Positions 35,486 through 45,006 of a stretch of 64,000 nucleotides of DNA are shown here, piece by piece. Position 1 is the stretch's first letter. Every line of letters begins with the position of its first letter. Made by a program: the position numbers and the translations under genes. This stretch comes from Polyangiaceae bacterium (lineage in GTDB: Bacteria; Myxococcota_A; Polyangia; Polyangiales; Polyangiaceae): positions 75,484 to 139,483 of the forward strand of contig JBILLK010000028.1 in assembly GCA_044376115.1 (NCBI GenBank), written 5' to 3'. Below the pieces are notes generated by a model. It worked only from the letters and a program-made list of their open reading frames with translations. It did no database searches and was not told the origin of the DNA.

Positions 35486-35784
35486 GGCTTGCGCTCGATG
35501 GCTTTCATAAACACGGCCTCGCTCAGACCAACGATCTCGATCAGCTTGGTGCGACTGCTGTCGCCCTTCACCAATCGCACAGCGCTCTTCGCTACGGCAA
35601 AATGAAGCGCGAGCCCACGCACCAACTCTTCGTTAGCAGCGCCGTCGACAGGTGGTGCTGCCACCGCAACTTCAAGCGCGCCGTTTTTCTCGCCGAGCAC
35701 TTTGGTCTTCGATGCTCGCGGCTTGACGTGAACCGAGAAGCGTCCGCACCCATCCACGCTGCTGAAAAGCGGACGCTCCGTCAC
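35482..35784 (-). CDS. DUF167 (YggU-like) protein
   Basis: VHVKPRASK, V.APPVDG.AN and KG.SSR.K motifs. ATGA overlap with dapF. Confidence 0.92.
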   Translation of the reverse strand: MTERPLFSSVDGCGRFSVHVKPRASKTKVLGEKNGALEVAVAAPPVDGAANEELVRGLALHFAVAKSAVRLVKGDSSRTKLIEIVGLSEAVFMKAIERKP

Positions 35785-35903
35785 GGCTTGAATCGATGGC
35801 AGGTGTGACGCTGCGTCAAGCGATTGTCCGAAGTCGATGGTTCTCTGACGCCGGAGCCACTTCGTTCATTAAGGCAACCGGAACTCTGGCCGTCAATCAG
35901 GAC

Positions 35904-37547
35904 ATGCGAATTGTAACAAGTCGTTGGTTGGCCGCGATGATGAGCTCTCTCTCGTTTGCGGCTTCGGGATGCGAGCTGATCGCGAACACAGATCGTACGA
36001 CCATCGGCGCGGGTGGCGCGGGCGGCGCGGGCGGCGGCGACCAGGTCGGCGGCTCGGCGGGCAGCGTCGCACAAGGCGCGAGTGATGCCGGAGCTGGTGG
36101 CGCTGGCAGCGCCTCTACCAACGGCGGTGGCGGCGCGGGTGCAGCAGGCGGCGACGGTGGCGCGGGCAGTTCCACTGTCGGTGCAGGCGGTGAAGGCGGC
36201 GCAGGCGGTGAAGGCGGTGCGGGCGGTGAAGGCGGTGCGGGCGGTGAAGGCGGCGCAGGCAGTTCCACCGTCGGTGCAGGCGGCGCAGGCGGTGAAGGCG
36301 GTGCGGGCAGTTCCACCGTCGGCGCGGGCGGCGCAGGCGGTGATGGCGGCTCGGGTGGCGCAGGCGGTGCGGGAAGCTCCACCGTCGGCGCGGGTGGCGC
36401 AGGCGGTGAGACGGGCCCTGGCGGCGCAGGCGGTGACGGCGGCGCGGGCAGTTCCACCGTCGGCGCGGGCGGCGCAGGCGGCGCAGGTGGCGCAGGTGGC
36501 GCAGGTGGCGACGGTGGTGCAGGCGGCTCGGGTGGTGTCCCGCCCGGCGAAACGTGCGCCGACCCGATGCTAGTGGAGGTCGTTCTCGACACAACCTACT
36601 TCACCAACGGGGAGATCTTCACGACCTCCACCAACGAGATTGAGAGCTTCTGCACCGACGCCGATCCCAATGTCCCCGACACTTGGGCTGACGTGGTTTA
36701 CGCAGTCCAAATCAGTGATGCGTGCAGCGCTTCGTTCGTCGTGCAGAGTTCGACCGACGCGGAGATCTCCTTGCGGTCCGATTGCGGCGTCGAGGAGTAC
36801 TGCGTCAACACGGTCGTTGGCGGCGGTGGGCAGGAAAACCTTTCCGTTCCATTGGAGGCGGGCACCTACTTCCTCAACATTCAGTCGGATCTACCCACTC
36901 CGTACACCTTGCATATCTACTGCAACACCCCAGCCTGTGGTGACAGCTTCCTGAACCCCGGCGAAGCGTGTGATGATCACAACACCGACGATGGCGATGG
37001 CTGTAGCTCGCTTTGCACGATTGAGGCGGCAGACCCACTGGTTGAGGACTGCGCCAGCGTAAGCCCTCAAGCAGCGCACCAGCTCGTGGCTGGCGCTCAG
37101 TTCCTCACCCCAGTCGGTGCGGCAGCGACCACGCTTGGTGCCCTCGACAACGAGCACGGTACTTGTCAGCTTGCACCCGCTGACCCGGCGGAGTCGTATG
37201 CGCCAGACCAGGTCTACAAGATGCGGTCGCCAGTTCCCGGTATGGCCACGGTCACGCTCGGGCTCGACCCAGCCGGGATCCCTTATTGCGGTGCTGACGT
37301 GAACGCGGAGCCCTCGTTGCCCTATTCATCTGGTTGCTACGACCGCTCGCTCTTCATTCGCGAGGCCGATTGCACCGCGGGAGCTGAGGTCGCCTGCACA
37401 GAGGGAACCAATTGGTGGGACGTGGAACAAGCCCTCATTCCTATCGCCGCAGACACGGACTACTACGTATTCGCCGACGGCTGGTTGGCCGGCTACGGAT
37501 ATGATGTTGGTTCGTACACCATCCAAGTCGAGTTTACGCCCGACTGA
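35904..37547 (+). CDS. Lipoprotein with long Gly-rich repeat stalk and myxobacterial Cys-rich repeat
   Basis: Lipobox ASGC, about 175 aa of Gly-rich repeats, and CGD...NPGEACDD.N...GDGCS..C. Confidence 0.85.
   Translation: MRIVTSRWLAAMMSSLSFAASGCELIANTDRTTIGAGGAGGAGGGDQVGGSAGSVAQGASDAGAGGAGSASTNGGGGAGAAGGDGGAGSSTVGAGGEGGAGGEGGAGGEGGAGGEGGAGSSTVGAGGAGGEGGAGSSTVGAGGAGGDGGSGGAGGAGSSTVGAGGAGGETGPGGAGGDGGAGSSTVGAGGAGGAGGAGGAGGDGGAGGSGGVPPGETCADPMLVEVVLDTTYFTNGEIFTTSTNEIESFCTDADPNVPDTWADVVYAVQISDACSASFVVQSSTDAEISLRSDCGVEEYCVNTVVGGGGQENLSVPLEAGTYFLNIQSDLPTPYTLHIYCNTPACGDSFLNPGEACDDHNTDDGDGCSSLCTIEAADPLVEDCASVSPQAAHQLVAGAQFLTPVGAAATTLGALDNEHGTCQLAPADPAESYAPDQVYKMRSPVPGMATVTLGLDPAGIPYCGADVNAEPSLPYSSGCYDRSLFIREADCTAGAEVACTEGTNWWDVEQALIPIAADTDYYVFADGWLAGYGYDVGSYTIQVEFTPD
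36005..36540 (+). repeat. Intragenic tandem repeats encoding GGEGGA and GGAGSSTVGAGG units
   Basis: Repeated ggcggtgaaggcgg(t/c)gc units and six (ag)(t/c)tccac(c/t)gtcgg units. Confidence 0.9.
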
Positions 37548-37575
37548 GTCATAGCGAACCGCACGTTTGCAGCAG

Positions 37576-37603
37576 GGCCTCGAGGGTTACGACCTTCGAG
37601 GCC
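37576..37603. terminator. Hairpin between convergent genes, a probable bidirectional terminator
   Basis: GGCCTCGAGGGT-TACG-ACCTTCGAGGCC: 12-bp stem with one G-T pair and a UACG tetraloop. Confidence 0.65.
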
Positions 37604-37608
37604 TTTGC

Positions 37609-38244
37609 TCATAGAAGCTCGTCACTCGTTGCGTTGTCCTCTTCGCTTTGAAGATGACAGGCGTGGCAGCGCATACCGGCCGAGGAATTGAAGGCCGCTT
37701 TGACCGCAACGACCTTTGCGCAGCCGATGCAGGCCACGGTTTTTTCGCGCGCAACTTCTCGTGGGGCGGAGCGATAACCATCTCCGGGCACGACCTCCAC
37801 CTCAGTATTTGCCGAGTCTCGCCGACCCAAGTGGCAAGCTTCACACAGCTCCCCGGTCACTCGGCGGTAGCTTTGCGCGCGCAGAACTCGGGCCTTGCAG
37901 CTGGTGCAGGTCACCCACGCGGCCTCTTCTTGCTTGCGCGTCGCAATCTCCTCACGCAGCGCGCGCGAGCGCTCCGCGAAGGCCATCGCGTCGAAGGAGT
38001 TGTTGCGGGCAAGGGCCTCACACAACACCATCACGGTGATCTCCAGATCGCGTACCCGCGCCTCGAGATCGCTCGTCGCTGCAGGCATTGGCGTCGTCGG
38101 GATTTCGGGGACCCCGCTCGCCCAAGGGGTCTCGTCCCTGCGGCTTGGCGTCTGCGACAATAGACCGCGAACCCTGCTCGCCTCGCTTGGCGATAGGTTG
38201 GGAGCAATCAGAGCGCCAAGTAGCTGCAAGAATGGTTCGGCCAT
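37609..38244 (-). CDS. Hypothetical protein with two zinc-ribbon-like CxxC pairs
   Basis: CTSC...CEAC and CIGC...CHAC. Coiled-coil-like segment. No signal peptide. Confidence 0.7.
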   Translation of the reverse strand: MAEPFLQLLGALIAPNLSPSEASRVRGLLSQTPSRRDETPWASGVPEIPTTPMPAATSDLEARVRDLEITVMVLCEALARNNSFDAMAFAERSRALREEIATRKQEEAAWVTCTSCKARVLRAQSYRRVTGELCEACHLGRRDSANTEVEVVPGDGYRSAPREVAREKTVACIGCAKVVAVKAAFNSSAGMRCHACHLQSEEDNATSDELL

Positions 38245-38303
38245 GAGGAACTGTCTTTCAGCCTACATTACGTCCTGTTAGGTCAGCGACTCGCAACGAG
38301 AGT

Positions 38304-39434
38304 GTGAATGCTCACGAGACCGTGAGCACCAGGGTCAGGGAAGCTTTGATGCCGGCTCCGCCGACAACTCACCAGGATGACGTCCCCGACTTGGTGGGAC
38401 ACACGCTCCCCGGCGGGTGGGCTGTGCTGCGCCACATTGCCGAAGGGGGAATGGCGCACGTCTATGAGGGCCATAACGCGGATGGCATTCGCGGAGCGAT
38501 CAAGGTCCTGCACACACATCTGTTGAGCAAGCCCGAGCTCGCCTTTCGCTTTCGACGCGAAGGTGAGATCGTCGAGTCGATCAAGAGCCCTCACGTTCCC
38601 CAGGTGCTCGCGCGTGGCAAAGATGAGCGTGGCCGGCCGTTCATGGTGTTCGAGTTCGTTGAAGGGCTCGAGCTGACCAAGATCTTGGACGAGCATGTCC
38701 GCTTACCGCCGGCGGTAGCGCTCGAGATTACGCTTCAAATGTGTGAAGCGCTGCGGGTCGCTCATCTGGCTGGCATCGTCCACCGCGACATGAAGCCCGA
38801 CAATGTCATCATCGTTGGCCCGCTCGACGCACCCCTGGTCAAGGTGCTCGACTTCAGCGTTTCGAAAGATGAGGACTTGGCCCTCACGCAGCAGGGTCAT
38901 GTGATGGGGACGCCCTGCTACATGGCGATCGAGCAGGCGCTGGGTGAGCCCATCACGCCATTGGCAGACATCTATTCGGTGGGCGCCATCCTCTACGACA
39001 TGTTGACTGGCCGACCACCCTATGAGCCGGATGAGCCTGGTCGCGTGTTGTCGGCGCTCTTGTCCAAGGAGCCACCGCGTGCCATCGATCTCAACCCAGC
39101 GATACCGCCCGCGCTGGCGACCATTGTCGATACTGCGATGGCTCGCTCCCCCAAGAAGCGGTTCCCCTTCATTGAGTCGATGATCGAGGCGTTGCGCGCT
39201 GCTTCCGCCAGCATCACTCAGCGTGACACCTCGGAGACATTGCCTCCACCAGAGCCTACCTTTACGTCGAGCCCGACTGCAGAGGCGCAGCCCGTCGCGT
39301 TTGAGCCCGTGGCCGACTCGGTGAGCCGCCCGCGCCGAGCACCGAGCCCCAACGTGAGCATGGCGATCGTCCTCGTGGCTGCGCTGATCCTGCTGCTAGT
39401 GGCTGCAGCGGTGATCTTCGGCGCGCGTCGGTGA
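38304..39434 (+). CDS. Ser/Thr protein kinase with C-terminal TM anchor (DFS and AIE variant motifs)
   Basis: EGGMAHV, AIK, HRDMKPDN, DFS, GTPCYMAIE and DIYSVG. Start uncertain. Confidence 0.88.
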   Translation: MNAHETVSTRVREALMPAPPTTHQDDVPDLVGHTLPGGWAVLRHIAEGGMAHVYEGHNADGIRGAIKVLHTHLLSKPELAFRFRREGEIVESIKSPHVPQVLARGKDERGRPFMVFEFVEGLELTKILDEHVRLPPAVALEITLQMCEALRVAHLAGIVHRDMKPDNVIIVGPLDAPLVKVLDFSVSKDEDLALTQQGHVMGTPCYMAIEQALGEPITPLADIYSVGAILYDMLTGRPPYEPDEPGRVLSALLSKEPPRAIDLNPAIPPALATIVDTAMARSPKKRFPFIESMIEALRAASASITQRDTSETLPPPEPTFTSSPTAEAQPVAFEPVADSVSRPRRAPSPNVSMAIVLVAALILLLVAAAVIFGARR

Positions 39435-39467
39435 CGAGGGCTCGCCCGGCTACTATGCTCGACCGCC

Positions 39468-40640
39468 ATGTCGCGCTTGAGATGGCTGACCGCCGGCGAA
39501 TCGCACGGACCTGAACTGACGATCTTGATCGAAGGCATCCCCGCGGGGCTCGCTCTTTCGGCGGAGACGATCAACGAAGACCTCCGTCGCAGGCAGCGCG
39601 GCTACGGACGCGGTGGTCGTATGAAGATCGAGACCGACGCCGTGAAGTTCACCGCGGGCGTGCGTGGTGGCGTAACGCTCGGCTCGCCGATCGTGATGTC
39701 GATCAAGAACCGCGACTTCGCCAACTGGCAAGGTCGGATGGGCGCCGAACCGTTCGAGACCCCGCCCGAGGCGCTCACGCGACCTCGTCCCGGCCACGCC
39801 GACCTCGCTGGCGGCCTCAAGTATGGCCACTCCGATTTACGCAACGTGCTCGAGCGAGCGAGCGCCCGCGAGACAGCTTCCCGGGTCGCTGCAGGCGCGG
39901 TCTGTCGAGCCTTCCTGCGCGAGCTCGAGATCGAGGTCTTCGCGCACGTTCTTTCGATTGGTGCGGAAACGGCACAACCCGCCGGGACGCCCGCGGAGCT
40001 GCAGCAAAAGGCCCGCGCGAGTGAGATGGCCTGCGCCGACGCCGAGGCGGAGGCACGCATGCGCACGGCGATTCATCAGGCATCGCACGCTGGAGATACG
40101 CTGGGTGGCGTGTTCGAGGTGGTCGCCAGCGGTGCACCGGCCGGGCTCGGTAGTCACGTGCAATGGGACCTTCGCCTGGACGGCCGACTTGCGCAGGCGT
40201 TGATGAGCATCCCGGCGATCAAAGGCGTTGAGATCGGTCTCGGTTTCGAGGCGGCGCGCCGCCCCGGATCGCAGGTCCACGATCCGATCGGCTTCGATAC
40301 GGCGCTGCAGAGCTTCACCCGCTCGAGCAACGGCGCTGGCGGCCTCGAGGGCGGCATCTCGAATGGCAGCCCCATCGTTTGTCGCGCAGCAATGAAGCCG
40401 ATCTCGACGTTGAAGAAGGCGCTTCCTTCGGTGGACATCCATTCGAAGCAAAGCACCGATGCGGCCTTCGAGCGCAGCGACGTTTGCGCGGTCCCCGCAG
40501 CCAGTGTGGTTGGCGAAGCCATGGTGTTGCTCGTGCTCTGCGATGCTGTGCGTGAAAAATTCGGCGGGGACAGCTTGCGCGAGGTCCTGCACAACGTGAA
40601 CGGCTACAAGCTCGGCATGCGCGAGTTTCCGCATGACTGA
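39468..40640 (+). CDS. aroC: Chorismate synthase
   Basis: TAGESHG, RPGHAD, LERASARETA, GGLEGG, MKPIST and ERSD.CAVP. Confidence 0.98.
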   Translation: MSRLRWLTAGESHGPELTILIEGIPAGLALSAETINEDLRRRQRGYGRGGRMKIETDAVKFTAGVRGGVTLGSPIVMSIKNRDFANWQGRMGAEPFETPPEALTRPRPGHADLAGGLKYGHSDLRNVLERASARETASRVAAGAVCRAFLRELEIEVFAHVLSIGAETAQPAGTPAELQQKARASEMACADAEAEARMRTAIHQASHAGDTLGGVFEVVASGAPAGLGSHVQWDLRLDGRLAQALMSIPAIKGVEIGLGFEAARRPGSQVHDPIGFDTALQSFTRSSNGAGGLEGGISNGSPIVCRAAMKPISTLKKALPSVDIHSKQSTDAAFERSDVCAVPAASVVGEAMVLLVLCDAVREKFGGDSLREVLHNVNGYKLGMREFPHD

Positions 40641-42270
40641 GCACAACGTAAAGAGCGCACGGAACCCGCGGCTGCTGCTGCTTTGGGGTCCTCCCGCCGT
40701 TGGCAAATCGAGCGTTGGGCAGGCTCTGGCGAGCACGTTGGGCGCTGAGTTCATCGATCTCGATGACCGCATCGCGGAGCGCAGCGGCCTGCCACGTACG
40801 CAGCTTTTTGCCCGCGGGGAGCCGTTCTTTCGCGAACAGGAAGGCCTGCTGCTGCGCGGTCTGCTGCACGAGGATCACGGGGATCGCTACCGCGTGGTCG
40901 CCTTGGGTGGAGGCACGCTGGTCGATGAAGATCTGCGCTTTTCCGCGCTGACGCGCGCAACGGTGATCGCACTGACAGCGCCGCGAGGGGAGCTCGTGCA
41001 GCGGGCTGAAGCCGGTGGCCGGCCGCTGCTCGCAGGGGACGTGAAGGGCAAGCTCGCACGCTTGCTCGAGCTGCGGCGCGAGGCGTACAGCGCTGGGCAC
41101 CTCGTGTTCGCGAGTGACGCTGCGCCCGAGATCGTGGCGGCATCGATCGAGCAGACGTTGCGACTTGGCTTGCTACCGCTAACCGTCGATCGGCAGACAA
41201 GCTACTCGGTCGAGCTCTGCAACCGCGCGGTGCTGCGTCAGCGGCTCAAGTCCCTTTGCGACTGGCTCGCTCCCAGCTCGCTGACGGTGATCAGTGATGA
41301 CGTGGTGGCGCCCCTCCATCTGAACCCCCTACTTGAGGAGTTACGCGCTGACTTCACCGGCCCTGTTCGTTCGCTCGTTCGGCCCGCGGGTGAGACGCAC
41401 AAGACCTTCGCTTCCCTCGAGCAGCTGCTCACCGAGCTGCATGAAGCCCGCATCGATCGGCGGGCCTTGCTGCTTGGTTTGGGCGGCGGCGTTACCACAG
41501 ACATGAGTGGGCTCGCCGCGGCTTTGCTCTCGCGCGGCATCGCTTGGGTCGCCCTTCCAACTTCGCTCATGGGCATGGTGGACGCTGCCACCGGTGGGAA
41601 GACAGCCGTGAATCTCGGTGCTGCCAAGAACGGCGTTGGGATCTTTCACCATCCGCGAAGTGTGCTGGTCTGCACTGAATTCACTGAGACAGAAGAGGAT
41701 CGCGCGGTGAAAAGCGGTCTCGCTGAGGTCGTCAAGTCGGCCTGCATTGCTGATGCGGCGCTCTTCGCTTGGCTCGAAACGCACGCGGCAGAGCTACGCG
41801 CTCGGGAGCCCGCGGCTTTGCAATACGCAACGCGAGCGGCCTTACGGGTGAAGGCCGAGCTCGTAGAGAAGGACCCGGCGGAGAGCGGCCCGCGCAGGTT
41901 GCTCAACTTTGGTCATACCTTTGGTCATGCGTTGGAAGCTGCGACGCGTTACGAGCGCTGGTTGCATGGGGAGGCCGTGGCGCTCGGAATGGCGGTGGCC
42001 CTCGGAGTGGGAGCCGAGCTTGGGACAACGTCTCGAGCGGTGAAAACGCGTGTGCGACAGTTACTCACAGCGCTTGGGCTTCACTGCGGGGAGCCGCTTG
42101 CTTTGCCGCTAATTGACGCTGCTATCGCTGAACTTGGGCGCGACAAGAAGAGCTTGGGCAACGCGGTTCAACTCATTGTGTTGCGTGACATCGGTACAGC
42201 CGAGCAGCGCGTTGTGCCGCTCGAGGAGCTGGCGACGTTGGTCAAAAAGGCAGCGCTGGAGCTCTGTTGA
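40633..42270 (+). CDS. aroB: Bifunctional shikimate kinase / 3-dehydroquinate synthase
   Basis: AroK part: GPPAVGKS, FIDLD, GEPFFR.QE, ALGGG. AroB part: GE..K, GGGV..D, PTSL..MVDA..GGKTAVN, LNFGHTFGHALE, HGEAVA. Confidence 0.93.
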   Translation: MTEHNVKSARNPRLLLLWGPPAVGKSSVGQALASTLGAEFIDLDDRIAERSGLPRTQLFARGEPFFREQEGLLLRGLLHEDHGDRYRVVALGGGTLVDEDLRFSALTRATVIALTAPRGELVQRAEAGGRPLLAGDVKGKLARLLELRREAYSAGHLVFASDAAPEIVAASIEQTLRLGLLPLTVDRQTSYSVELCNRAVLRQRLKSLCDWLAPSSLTVISDDVVAPLHLNPLLEELRADFTGPVRSLVRPAGETHKTFASLEQLLTELHEARIDRRALLLGLGGGVTTDMSGLAAALLSRGIAWVALPTSLMGMVDAATGGKTAVNLGAAKNGVGIFHHPRSVLVCTEFTETEEDRAVKSGLAEVVKSACIADAALFAWLETHAAELRAREPAALQYATRAALRVKAELVEKDPAESGPRRLLNFGHTFGHALEAATRYERWLHGEAVALGMAVALGVGAELGTTSRAVKTRVRQLLTALGLHCGEPLALPLIDAAIAELGRDKKSLGNAVQLIVLRDIGTAEQRVVPLEELATLVKKAALELC

Positions 42271-42431
42271 CGTTTGGTCAACGGCTTCCTTTCGATGACG
42301 CACGGAGACGTGGTGCGTTTAGCCTCGATCAAAGCTCCTCAAGCTTGGTTTGGAATTGTGTGATCGTTCGACGAACCTCAAAAATTCTGTAAAGTTCGCG
42401 CGCTCGATCCCCGTCGGTTCGGAGGTTCCCC

Positions 42432-43718
42432 ATGCGTATTGTCGTCCTTGCTGGTTCCGCGTTGTTCTCCACTGTGCTGCTCGCCATGACTGGCTGTGAG
42501 GTGGAGGAGTCACGACCTGTCGAGGCCGTCGTGGAGAGCGAAGCGGCGATCGTCGGTGGGACTCCGGACACCACGCACAAAGCGGTGGTTGCGTTGATCG
42601 ACCAAGACCAGGGCGCGGGCTGCTCGGGCACGATCATCGCGAAGAGCGGCGGCACCGCGTGGATCCTGACGGCCGGTCACTGCGAGGGCATGGATTTCGC
42701 CCTACAGGCGGATGACTCGGAGGATTGCTTCGTTGGAAACAACCAGTGTGAGGCGATCTATGAGGTGGTCAATGACACGCCGCACCCGAACTGGAACGGG
42801 GATGCGGGTCAGGGTTACGACTTCCGCGTGCTGCAGATCAGCGGGGCCGCTGGGGCGCCTGTCATTCCTGCCGCGACGAATCCGGACGGCGTCACGGTGG
42901 GCACGTCGATCGAAGCGGTGGGCTACGGCATCACCAGCGCCAACAACAACTCCAATACGCTACGCCGACGTGTTCTTGAGACGGTGGATCAGCTTGATTC
43001 GCTTTTGATCGTCGCTGACCAGACGGACGGAACCGGCTCTTGCAGCGGTGACTCGGGTGGTCCCATTCTCTCCAACGGCAAGGTGGTAGGCGTCACCTCC
43101 TTTGGTGATCAGACCTGTCAGCAATACGGTGCCTACGGTCGCGTGCAGGCTGTATATGCGAGCTTCATCGCGCCGATCATCGGCCAGCAGGTGGAGCTCA
43201 CCTGCGATGATTGCTTCCTCGCGGTGCAGTCGGGTGCATGCGAGTCGCAAGCGAGCGCCTGCGGCAACAGCCAACAGTGCAATGACCTGCTCACCTGCTT
43301 CGATGGCTGCTCCACCAACGCCTGTTACAACGACTGCGCCAATCAGTACCCCACCGGCTACGATCAGTACGTTGCTTTCATCAATTGTGGTTGTGACGCC
43401 TGTGCCACCGAATGCGCTGCGGAGTGCGGTGGTTCCAGCTCGTCCTCTTCGTCGAGTTCATCGTCGAGCTCGAGCAGCGCGGCGGGCGGAAGCAGTGCTG
43501 GCGGCGGTGATGCTGGCGGCGCAACGGGTAACGGCGGTGCCACCAACGGCAGCGGCTCTTCCGAAGAGGCCGCGACCACCACGACCGGCGGCGGTGAGGA
43601 TGATGGCGGAAGCTCTTGCAATGCCTCGGGTACCTCGAGCTCCACGCCGAGCCTGCTCAGCTTTGGGCTCGTCGGCCTGTTGCTCGGTGCGGTCGGCCGT
43701 CGTCGTCGTCGTGCCTGA
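42432..43718 (+). CDS. Trypsin-like (S1) serine protease lipoprotein with Cys-rich domain and MYXO-CTERM-like anchor
   Basis: Lipobox MTGC, IVGG, LTAGHC, YDF and GDSGGP. C-terminal SC...hydrophobic helix-RRRRR. GGAGG SD. Confidence 0.92.
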   Translation: MRIVVLAGSALFSTVLLAMTGCEVEESRPVEAVVESEAAIVGGTPDTTHKAVVALIDQDQGAGCSGTIIAKSGGTAWILTAGHCEGMDFALQADDSEDCFVGNNQCEAIYEVVNDTPHPNWNGDAGQGYDFRVLQISGAAGAPVIPAATNPDGVTVGTSIEAVGYGITSANNNSNTLRRRVLETVDQLDSLLIVADQTDGTGSCSGDSGGPILSNGKVVGVTSFGDQTCQQYGAYGRVQAVYASFIAPIIGQQVELTCDDCFLAVQSGACESQASACGNSQQCNDLLTCFDGCSTNACYNDCANQYPTGYDQYVAFINCGCDACATECAAECGGSSSSSSSSSSSSSSSAAGGSSAGGGDAGGATGNGGATNGSGSSEEAATTTTGGGEDDGGSSCNASGTSSSTPSLLSFGLVGLLLGAVGRRRRRA

Positions 43719-43727
43719 GCGTTCGCG

Positions 43728-44207
43728 GTGAGCCTGCTGACCTGCCCCGAGTGTCTGTGTTCTCCGCCGCAAGCGGGAACAGGGCCGTATCGGGTGCAGG
43801 CAGCCGATCCGCGTGGCAGTCACGGGAAAGACGCCCAGCGCGTGCCGCTCGATGGAGCCAAGCACGCCTCGGGCGTCGAGTGCTTTTGTTGCCCGGCCTG
43901 CAAGGGCGCCTTCCTCAGACACGGTGATCTGGTGCGTGTGGAGGTGGTGGCGCGCGAGTCCGGTCGCACGCTCGACTCGGCTGGCGATCAATTCCGTCGG
44001 TCGCGAGTCCGCGCGATCGTCGCCGGCCAGAGTGAAGAGGAGCGCGCGTCACGCGATTGCCCCGCATGCGATCATCCGATGATCGAACGCGAGTGGGGCT
44101 TTGGCTCGATGGTGTACGTGGACGTTTGTTTGGAATGTCGCGGCACGTGGTTGGATGCCGGCGAACTCGCGACGATTGAGCGCTACTTCGCAGGGCGATC
44201 GCGCTGA
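43728..44207 (+). CDS. zf-TFIIB-like zinc-ribbon protein
   Basis: CP.C, CPACKGAFL..GDL and CPAC..PM...VDVCLECRGTWLDAGEL. Confidence 0.85.
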   Translation: MSLLTCPECLCSPPQAGTGPYRVQAADPRGSHGKDAQRVPLDGAKHASGVECFCCPACKGAFLRHGDLVRVEVVARESGRTLDSAGDQFRRSRVRAIVAGQSEEERASRDCPACDHPMIEREWGFGSMVYVDVCLECRGTWLDAGELATIERYFAGRSR

Positions 44208-44229
44208 GTCAGCGGCCGACTGTTTGCGC

Positions 44230-44895
44230 TCAGTCGAGGGGCTTGTTGCCGATGAAGAGAATGTGTGTGCCACGACCGCCGGTGCGCGAGGCGACGCGCA
44301 GCACCTCGGTATGAAAGCCGAAGCGTCCGAGACGCGCTGCGTATTTAGCGTTCGGCCCCGCCGACCACACAGCGAGGACACCGCCCGGGGTGAGGGCTTG
44401 GTAGCAAGCCCGTGTACCGCTGTCGTTGTAGAGACGCTGATTGCTCGCTTGTGAGATGGCCTCGGGCCCGTTGTCGACGTCGAGCAGGATCACATCGTAC
44501 TGGTTGCGCGATCGAGCGATCACCTCGTACGCATCACCGACGATCACCGAACAGCGCGGATCGTCGAGCGCGTTGTCATGCAAATGGTTGAGCAGGCGGC
44601 GGTTCCAGTCGACGAGCTCCGGCACCAGTTCAGCCACGGTGACCTGCGCATCTGCTGGCAGTAGGTCGAGCGTAGCGCGCAGCGTGAACCCGAGACCCAG
44701 CCCGCCGACGAGCACGTGCTGGGGTTGGTCTGCTCGATCGATGGCCTCCTCCGCCAGCGATATCTCCGATTGGTGGACGCGGTTCGACATCAGCACGCGC
44801 TGATCGACGCGCACAATCCAATCGTCGCCATGATGCGCGAGAGCGAACTCGCTCTTGCCCACACGTGCGGTCGCTACGGTCTCCCATTTGAGCAT
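44230..44895 (-). CDS. Spermidine synthase-like SAM-dependent methyltransferase
   Basis: LMS...SE, VLVGGLGLGFTL, AELVP, YDVILLDVDNGP and GGVLAVWS. Confidence 0.88.
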   Translation of the reverse strand: MLKWETVATARVGKSEFALAHHGDDWIVRVDQRVLMSNRVHQSEISLAEEAIDRADQPQHVLVGGLGLGFTLRATLDLLPADAQVTVAELVPELVDWNRRLLNHLHDNALDDPRCSVIVGDAYEVIARSRNQYDVILLDVDNGPEAISQASNQRLYNDSGTRACYQALTPGGVLAVWSAGPNAKYAARLGRFGFHTEVLRVASRTGGRGTHILFIGNKPLD

Positions 44896-45006
44896 TGAGT
44901 TTCTCGGCTTGTAACGGCCGGTTATCCCGGCGGCTGCACCATAGCAGCGGCCTCCCGAGGTTCGCTGACTCTTGCAGCGCTTTTTGGTGCTCGCGATAGT
45001 GGATCG

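Noticed and set aside
37609..38244. CEACH and CHACH as c-type heme-binding motifs
   Set aside because: No signal peptide, and each motif is paired with an upstream CxxC, which fits cytoplasmic zinc ribbons better.
39468..42270. aroK-aroB fusion as a novelty
   Set aside because: AroKB fusions and aroC-aroK-aroB clustering are well known.
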